DNA from: Chrysomallon squamiferum | Lineage: Eukaryota; Animalia; Mollusca | Assembly: GCA_012295275.1 (NCBI GenBank) | Contig: CM022679.1 | Location: forward strand, 10,416,001 to 10,480,000 | Reading direction: 5' to 3' | Length of the DNA stretch: 64,000 nt | Part shown: positions 55,360 through 64,000 of the stretch, piece after piece | Layout of the letters: each line of letters starts with the position of its first letter | Position numbering within the stretch: the stretch's first letter is position 1 | Notes under the pieces: generated by a model | What the model was told of the DNA's origin: nothing | The model's database searches: none | What the model saw: only the letters and a program-made list of their open reading frames with translations | Made by a program: the position numbers and the translations under genes

Positions 55360-56774
55360 CATTATTATTATTATCATTATTATTATTATCATTATTTTTA
55401 TTTTTACTACTACTACAACTACTACTACTACTACTACTGCTATATGTTCATGATCATTATCAAATACAAACAAATTCTGAGTGTTTTTCTTTTTTTTTGA
55501 CTGGGAACATGATCCCCAAGGAATTTGTTTTCACAATTTTCAGTATATTCAGTCTAACGGTTGTAATCACTCTTACACACAATATAAAAACAACGCACAA
55601 CCCAGCCACAAAATCTGATTCCATTGCAACAAAACTAACTCAGTAATTTTCAATACAAAAATAGGCGTTTCAACTCATGTATTGTAAACATATAGAAAAT
55701 GTCATCAAACTGGGAATACACACGTTTTACCTGCTATTTCTGCAATTACGACCATTCTCCGTGCATACTATAAAGCATACAGCATATTTTGAGCAAATCC
55801 TGAATAAATGTAACATTAATATTGCAGTTCTGTCTCTTTTCTATTGAACAACAATTTTACAAATCTGACCTTTACAAAACTTCCACATCAAGCTGCCCTT
55901 TATTTAAAAATAAATACTGGTATAAAAAAAAAACTAGGCAATACATAAAATATCATTTTATATATCACAAGTTTGCCGTTCTATAAAATATAAACTGCTA
56001 TAAAACAGAAAACAGTATCTGATATAGATTTCTCAAATCTCACTCAGTATATATAAATATATACAAAAAGTTAATCTATCTTTTTTTTTTAACGCTAAAA
56101 TTTGTTTTTGTTATAGTAACATATAACGTCTAAAAATAACCGCATATAAAATATCTTACAAATGTGAATAATTTAATTATTTCTCTCAAATCAGTACACT
56201 TTAAAAGTATCGATCTGAATATTTCATTAATTATATTAATACAGTATCAAATATCAATAGCAAGACAATATTTATATAAAATAAAACAAACTGAAGTCAT
56301 TGTTTGTTTAAATATTATCTAAAAATTTCAATTTTTTAAAAATCTTTTTTATCTGCCGTAGGTTTGGCAATAAAAACCATAATATATAATTATATAATAT
56401 ATAATATATAACAAATGATATATGATATATAATATGTAACATATTACGTATAGAATATAGCTCATAAATATATATAACATGCATACATATAATATATTAC
56501 ATTCGTTACATAATATAAAATTTATACAAAGAAGCGTTTTGGACGATAACATATGATACATAACAGGCAACACATAATATAAAATATATTACATACGTTC
56601 TATAACATATCATTTATACAAGGAACGTTTTGGACGTGTGAATATGGACCTGTACACTGTGTTTGAAACATGGACGTATGAAGTGTTACTGACTCCGCCA
56701 TTTTAAACACTGTTATTTGTTGATGATATCACAAATCAGCCGTTGGAGAGAGTCAGAAATTTAAAAAAAAAAAA

Positions 56775-57012
56775 TTATAGAGAGTGTTGTGCATACAAGT
56801 CTTCAAGTGTCTTCTTAAAAGTCTGTCTCAAGTCTGGACGCTTTGACTTGAATGTCGGCGTGAGCAGATTGTTTTCCACTGAAAATAGTTCCGGATGTAT
56901 CGCTATATCCATAACCTGCGAGAAGTAATAGATAAGTAAACAGGCTGGTAAATAATTATGTAAATGAATGCAATACAGGCAATGGTAAATAATAGTAGTA
57001 GTAAATGAATGC

Positions 57013-57092
<80 letters not shown>

Positions 57093-57357
57093 ATAATAAT
57101 AATACTAAAATATAATATAAATAAGGATACATTATAAATATAAATAAATATACATATAAATATAAATAAACATACATATACATATAAATATAAATAATAA
57201 CATAAATTATAAACGGTATCAGAATATATATATTTCGCATTGACGATGATAAATATAATACTGAAATCAATAAAATAGTGACCAGAGAGAGAGAGAGAGA
57301 AAGATAATAATCTGTTTATTAATATTGTAAATAAATAAATAAACAAAATAAACAAAA

Positions 57358-57388
<31 letters not shown>

Positions 57389-59257
57389 AACCCATTAGTA
57401 TAGCTTTAATGTTAATGAAAATGATAACGAAGATAACAAATGTACTAATGAAATCAGTATAACAGAGATGACATAGGACAATATTTTAAATTTATTTTAA
57501 TCATGTATTAACAACTCTGATTGTTCACGATACCTACTTGTTCAAAACCTTTCAATCCAGCTTTCCTGCCAAGTTCTACTAGATCCTTCAATATGATATC
57601 CTTCACTTTCTGCAAAATATTTCAAATCTTACAATACTTATAACAGATTAACTGTTTGTTATGTCAAGTTGTATCCATTATTAATTAACTACCGAGTAAT
57701 AGGCTAAATAAATGTTACTTGAAAATATATTGTCTGTAAATGACATTAATAATGATGATGATGATGATGATGATGATGATAATAATAATAATAAGAAGAA
57801 GACAACAAAAACATAAAAAAGAAAGAAGTAACAGATGTTTAGGGGTTTCTTTTTAAGAAGTAAATTCTGCATTGAAGAATATTTTAGAAGAAAAAAAGAA
57901 GAAAATTAAAAATGTTTATTTTAAATTTGTTTTGTTACAGAATATAAAACATTCACTGATTAACAAAATAACATTTATCCATACAAATAATATTTATAAT
58001 AATTAAAACTATTTATTTATAATAATTTTAAAGATTTAATTCTTTATTCTTTTTATGTATTTAACGTTATACATATTTGATTTTGTCTTTTCTTTTTCTT
58101 TTTGTTTTGTTTATTTTAAATAATATATTCTTAATTTAAAATTTGATAGAGAACTTCTAATAATTCTTAACATTTAAGACCGGTTATGGAAAAGAAAAAA
58201 AAATCGTACATATATAGCTTAAATTATTTAAATGCACAACATTTCAGTACTCACTTTTAATTTGCACAGTTCTGTCATGTCGGTAGGAAATCCATTGTTT
58301 GCTGCCCACACTTTCATAAACTCTTCATCGGGAATCACAATTCCCATACAGCAAGTCTGATTAAAGTAAACCAGTATCACTTAAACCACATCATTATCAA
58401 AACATTTCTTGCTACACGTGTCAAATAACGTCCTCAAAACAACGTGTAACATTTTAAATACGTTCTCTGAACTTAAACAGCTATAATCTTTACAGCAATG
58501 ATATTCTTTTAATTTAAACCAAGAGAGTATTATACTATAAGTTCATTAACAGTTAAAATTAGCATAAAGATAAATTATGTCGTGTTACGTTTTACTCCAG
58601 AAATTGATAGAATATTTACAGAATAGTAGAGAAAGAATTATATAATATTTACGTATTATAATTATTATTAATATTCTTAATGGTTACAGTTTATTGCTCA
58701 TCTTGTAATATATTGAAGAAATATTATTTTAATAAAATTCCATAAAGAAAGTAAGCATTGTTAATACTTTCAACAGTTGGTACTTCTAAAAATTTGAAGG
58801 GAAAAAGAAAATTATTAAAAATATTCGTTTATGAATTTACCTTAAAACTATTTCCATCAACAAATATCTGAGCTACGTATTTGCTTTGTGCATACACAGA
58901 CTCTATTTTTTCTGGGGCAACATATTCTCCCTGTAGTAATAAACAAAACCATCGATGGTACAAACAGTAACCAAGCTTTTAGCGTATTCAAATGCAAGCA
59001 CACATAATTTCATGCAAAAGACACATATGCGTTCACACACATAATATATGTACTGTAACTTTCTATAATGAACGAAGAATGGTTAATTCGTGTTTCATCA
59101 TCTTAAAATATATTGCTCATTTCATTAACAGTTGTATTTTCATTTATTTTATTTAAGAATAGGTTATTAAATCTCACATATTACGTATATCAGTTAATCA
59201 GTGTTAAAGAAAAGAAAGAAAGATAATAAAAACGTGGGCCATATTTTGTATAGTTTA

Positions 59258-59294
<37 letters not shown>

Positions 59295-59999
59295 TTATTA
59301 TTATAATTTTAAAACATCAGTCTTGTAAAACATCAGTTGAGACACATTCGGAATCGAAAAAATGTGTTAGACCAGATGAATTTAATTAAGAATAACTGTT
59401 AATAACTGCATATATTTTTAAGGGGAAAAAAAAAAAGGAGTAACATAGTATTATTTATATAATAGAAGAATTAAACAACTATTCAGAATTGAAAAGTATT
59501 TAAAAAAAAAATCTAAATCTTACAACTCACCTGAGCTAATTTAAAAATATGTTTTCTTCTGTCTATAATTTTGAGAGCTCCATTCTGAAAAAGAAAAGAA
59601 GTTTTTATTTTATAAATGATTCGATATTCGAATATCAGTATAAGTCTGAGCATGCATTTTTGTATCCTTGCGAAACGTCATAATTATATGTCAAAATACA
59701 TAAACTGAGACCCGTACCATACAACAATGACACATTTATGGAAAACATTTATCAAATAATTGTATACACATGCTATTTTGTAACCCAGATGAATTTTATT
59801 GTAAAATGAAACTTAGGAGACAAGAAATCATCAAGCCATTAACACATAAATATAGAAAGGAAAATCAGTATACATGTAGACAGGATTTGGGTTATCAAGT
59901 CAGTTACATGTACACTTAACTTTATAAAACATCGGGATGTTGCTGAACAGAATGCAGTTTACATACTTTATTCACCAAAATCACGATTTGGAAGTATGC

Positions 60000-60035
<36 letters not shown>

Positions 60036-61084
60036 TCAATCAGTCGATATAAAACAACTGTCATTCACATACGTAATCAGATCTTTAAGACGACTTTGAA
60101 CGCTAATGACGGAAAGGAGAGTTTCCAGTAACGAGTAATCACGTACCGAAAGCCACATTCCTATGTCCCCCGTGTGACACCAGCCATCCTCGTCTATAGT
60201 TTCTTTCGTGCATTTGGGGTTTTTGTAGTATCCCTGGAACCGATTTGGTCCTTTTACGCACACCTAAATAACAAATACACACGTTACCTTACCAGTTTAA
60301 CTTTGCCTGTTGATGTTCTTAATATACAAGCTTTGACATCAAGTATACCAATAAGAAGATGGTTGTATAATGTAATCCTTTGTATTTGTATTGTCGACAA
60401 TTACAATTATTAATCTGCTACTGTTATTATCATTAAAATTGCTTGTACTGCTACCATTGGTATCGCTAAAAGCAGCAACATCAGCAGCACCAGCAGCAAG
60501 AGTAGCAGTAGTAGCAGTAGTAGCAGTGTTAGAATAATAACAGATACATATGTAGAATGCCATACCTCGCCTGTTTGATCCTTGGCATAGTAGTCCATTT
60601 CAGGAACATCTGCTAGTTTTACATAGTTGCATACTAATGGACCACCGACATGTCCTGAAATACACGATAAACATTAACATGAATATAAATCATTTTTATA
60701 AGTCCTGAAAAACCAATATAAGAATAAGTCTTTAGATTCGTGTTGAAATTTTAAATTACTATTTCAGGGAATTTTCTGATCAATCAATATTTAATAAAAC
60801 TAATACTAATACTAATATCAATACTAATACTAATATCAATACTAATACTAATATCAATACTAATACTAATACTAATAATGAAAATATTAATAATAAAAAA
60901 AAAATAAAAAAAAATTCAAATTCAAAATAAATATATAATTACTGCTGTATTTTATGTCTAAATATTTCATACTGTTGCAGTATAAGAAGCTGAATATTTA
61001 AAAACTCACCTCCAGACGTATCTCCAGGAAAGTTTACTGTTATTGCTGCATTAGTTTCTGTCTGACCATAGGCTTCCATTACCT

Positions 61085-61147
<63 letters not shown>

Positions 61148-62233
61148 ATGATTTTGATGGTGATAATAATAGCAAAAATCCCCCAAAACAACCGACAATA
61201 ACAACAATAATATCCATAAGACATTAAATCTATGTTGTATGTCTATATAATCGCTGTTATTAATTTATTATCACTTTGTTAGTTTTGCTTAATTTCTTTT
61301 TATCCTTTATATATATAGTTATATATAAATAGTACCTTTAGCAAATAAAGATCAGTTATCTTAAAGTATGAAAAAAAACAAAAACTTAATATATTATAAT
61401 ACTCTTGCTTTTTTAATTTTTTGTTAAATACATGAACGAATAATATATTTAAAAATAATGCAAACACACTAACAGCAAAGACAAGAAAGTTAAACACAAA
61501 CCTTTCAAAGCAAAAAAAGAAAAAGAAAACTGAACACTAATTTCTCGTACAGAAGACTAGCGCACGTTAGACACGACTTACCATACAACCAAATCCACAC
61601 TTTATGAAGTCCAGCGTGTCCTCTGACACCGGCGCCGACGCCGTGAAGACGACGTCAATCCGTCCACCCAACAAATTCTGAATCTTTCTGAATACCAGTT
61701 TGTCCCATATAGTAGCTTTTGTTATCACTCCTCTGAGAAAATAGATTGTTTAGAAAATACTGTGTTTAACGCATATACTTTAGAAATAATAATTTTTTAT
61801 TATTTTATTTATTTTATATTGATTATGATATTGGTACAGTGTACAATCACGTACATTTTAATTTTTTAAACAAAAGTTACTACTACATAGTCGTCTCTGG
61901 ATGTACAAAAAAATTCTATTGAAGTAAATACAGTAATTTTTCCACATATATATAACTATGCATATAAACCAACATTATTTAAATATTCGTTTAAAATTTC
62001 CATGTGCATAACATAACTAAAACTGTGTATTCAAAAGAATACATAAAATATATATATTAAATGTCCAGAAATATATTCTCTGTCTTTCTTTTTCATCTCT
62101 ACTACGAATCATACAAGCACTCATAATATTTTATGAAATTTATTAAATACCTTTTAACTAGCTTGGTTTTCCGAGACACAGCCAAATCCAACAAAAATTT
62201 CTTGATTCTACTAGAACTGGCACCAGCATAAAC
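56775..62233 (-). CDS. ACSL1: Long-chain-fatty-acid--CoA ligase, ACSL1/5/6 clade (paralog B), 3' portion only (last 10 exons; 5' part lies beyond the window end)
   Basis: Exons 62151-62233, 61582-61732, 61010-61082, 60566-60654, 60147-60263, 59531-59584, 58841-58930, 58255-58356, 57538-57609, 56775-56915. Lengths 83/151/73/89/117/54/90/102/72/141 are identical to the matching exons of paralog A, with no stops or frameshifts. Motifs [70 protein letters not shown]. The preceding VPRLLNR exon was not found in 62234-64000. Confidence 0.93.
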
Positions 62234-62826
62234 CTTTAAAATATTGAAAATACATGTTTTTTTAAATAACTGTTATAACACTTACCCTTTCAACCCTCAA
62301 CTATGTTGCAACAAGCTTTCTCTTAGTTAATTTATAAATCGTAGGAGGTCAGCAGTATCGTTTACCTTCAGAGCTGAGCATCAGTTTTAATAACATATTT
62401 ATTTATCGCTTTAAGCGAAGGCTTGGTGATGTATCTGTTTTGATTATAATCTTACGAGACCTGGAAAATCTCAATGCGCATGGATGGTACTTATTGCAGA
62501 AACAATTTGCTGAATAACCTTAAGATCACCTTTCCTAGTAACGCACACAGTTGTACAAAGGAGAATATAAAACAAAATAATAATAATAACATATGGATAT
62601 GGTTTTCTTTCTGTAAACTTACATGGATAAATCATTCTTCGCCATTTTAAACAGCACAGAAAACTAATTCAATAGGGAAGCAGTCATGCTTTCAAGCCAT
62701 TGCAATGATACACGGTATATTCCACTGCCAGCTAAGTCGTGAGTTGCTTGTTACAGAGAAACTGTATCAACACATTTTGCATTCCAAGAAATAAAGAAAT
62801 AAAGAAATAAATAAAATAAAGGAAAA

Positions 62827-62901
<75 letters not shown>

Positions 62902-62925
62902 TTGATGATGATGATGATAATAATG

Positions 62926-62982
<57 letters not shown>

Positions 62983-63062
62983 TAATAATAAATATAATAA
63001 AAATAAAAATAACAGCAGCAGCAGTTGCAATGATGAAGCGATAATAATAATGATGATGAAAA

Positions 63063-63097
<35 letters not shown>

Positions 63098-63780
63098 ATA
63101 GCAGTATATAAGATTTTTGCAGCTAGCTTTAGCTTGGCTTAAAACATTTCCAGTAAAAATATTTATGATCAACTTTGATTCCGAAAATCGATTCTTTTTT
63201 ATGGAAAGTTTATTCGCAAATGCGTTTGTTTTGTATGTATTCTGCTTAACACGCAGCCGAAGCAAATACAGAACAATGCATTTAATATAAAACTTAAATG
63301 AAGCTGAATAGATTTCACAAACTTGTTTGTTGACGAAATTATTTACGGAAACAGTTTTAATTACGACATTGTATGGGCCAATGTAGCTTAAAAATCGTTG
63401 TTGTTTGAAGTGATATTAACAAATCATTTGGCATATTCAATGAACATATCTTGATGACGGCGTAAAAATATTCTTCACATATATTGGGTTATTCTATTAT
63501 TATTTTCTAATATAGCGTGGCTGGTAATACTGGCAACTATAATGCCGAATATATTAAAATTTTTCCATCTATCCTCAGTGTAAGTTATTTGTATTTGGTT
63601 ATTAAATATATTATATTTATGGTATTCATCTACACATAACTGTGATATATAGATCTTCCATGCGACTTTATACCGAGATTCACACTTATACAACCTGAGT
63701 TAAATATGTTAAGTAGAAATATACGACGCATCAAGTTCTTCTGCATATATATATATATATATACACATACACACACGCAC

Positions 63781-63817
<37 letters not shown>

Positions 63818-64000
63818 TATATATAAAATAACCTATTGTCGATAATGTCTACGTCCACGCCAACATATGCCATACAGTAATTATTATTCCATGGAAAAAT
63901 ACGACATTACGTAATATACCACACATAAATGACCTATGATCGATAATGTTTCTTGCTACACTGACAGTGAAACCCACACTTACTCCCACTAACTAACAAT

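Noticed and set aside
56775-62233. Paralog B as a pseudogene or haplotype/assembly duplicate of paralog A
   Set aside because: All visible exons are intact with good splice sites, and divergence is concentrated at synonymous sites and introns, far beyond allelic levels.

Overview
This is AT-rich, microsatellite-dense animal genomic DNA. TTAGGG telomere repeats and decayed MetaSINE-like fragments point to a lophotrochozoan, probably a mollusc (inference). Three spliced protein-coding genes could be reconstructed by hand with frame-consistent GT-AG junctions. (1) A complete 14-coding-exon SPATA20 on the minus strand (27106-36425, ~816 aa). (2) A complete 21-coding-exon long-chain acyl-CoA synthetase of the ACSL1/5/6 clade on the plus strand (39843-52534, ~691 aa), head-to-head with SPATA20. 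(3) The last 10 exons of a second ACSL paralog on the minus strand (56775-62233, continuing beyond the window), tail-to-tail with the first. The first ~26 kb has no recognisable gene. It holds GC-richer unique islands, SINE relics, a 525-bp foldback-type transposon with an 8-bp target-site duplication nested in a SINE, an interstitial telomeric tract and several hairpins. Nearly all ORFs in the supplied track are microsatellite artefacts. I found no convincing wholly new biological system. The best leads are the diverged convergent ACSL pair, a possible dual-start (mitochondrial/cytosolic) SPATA20, and an inverted-repeat mini-element in the shared SPATA20/ACSL upstream region.
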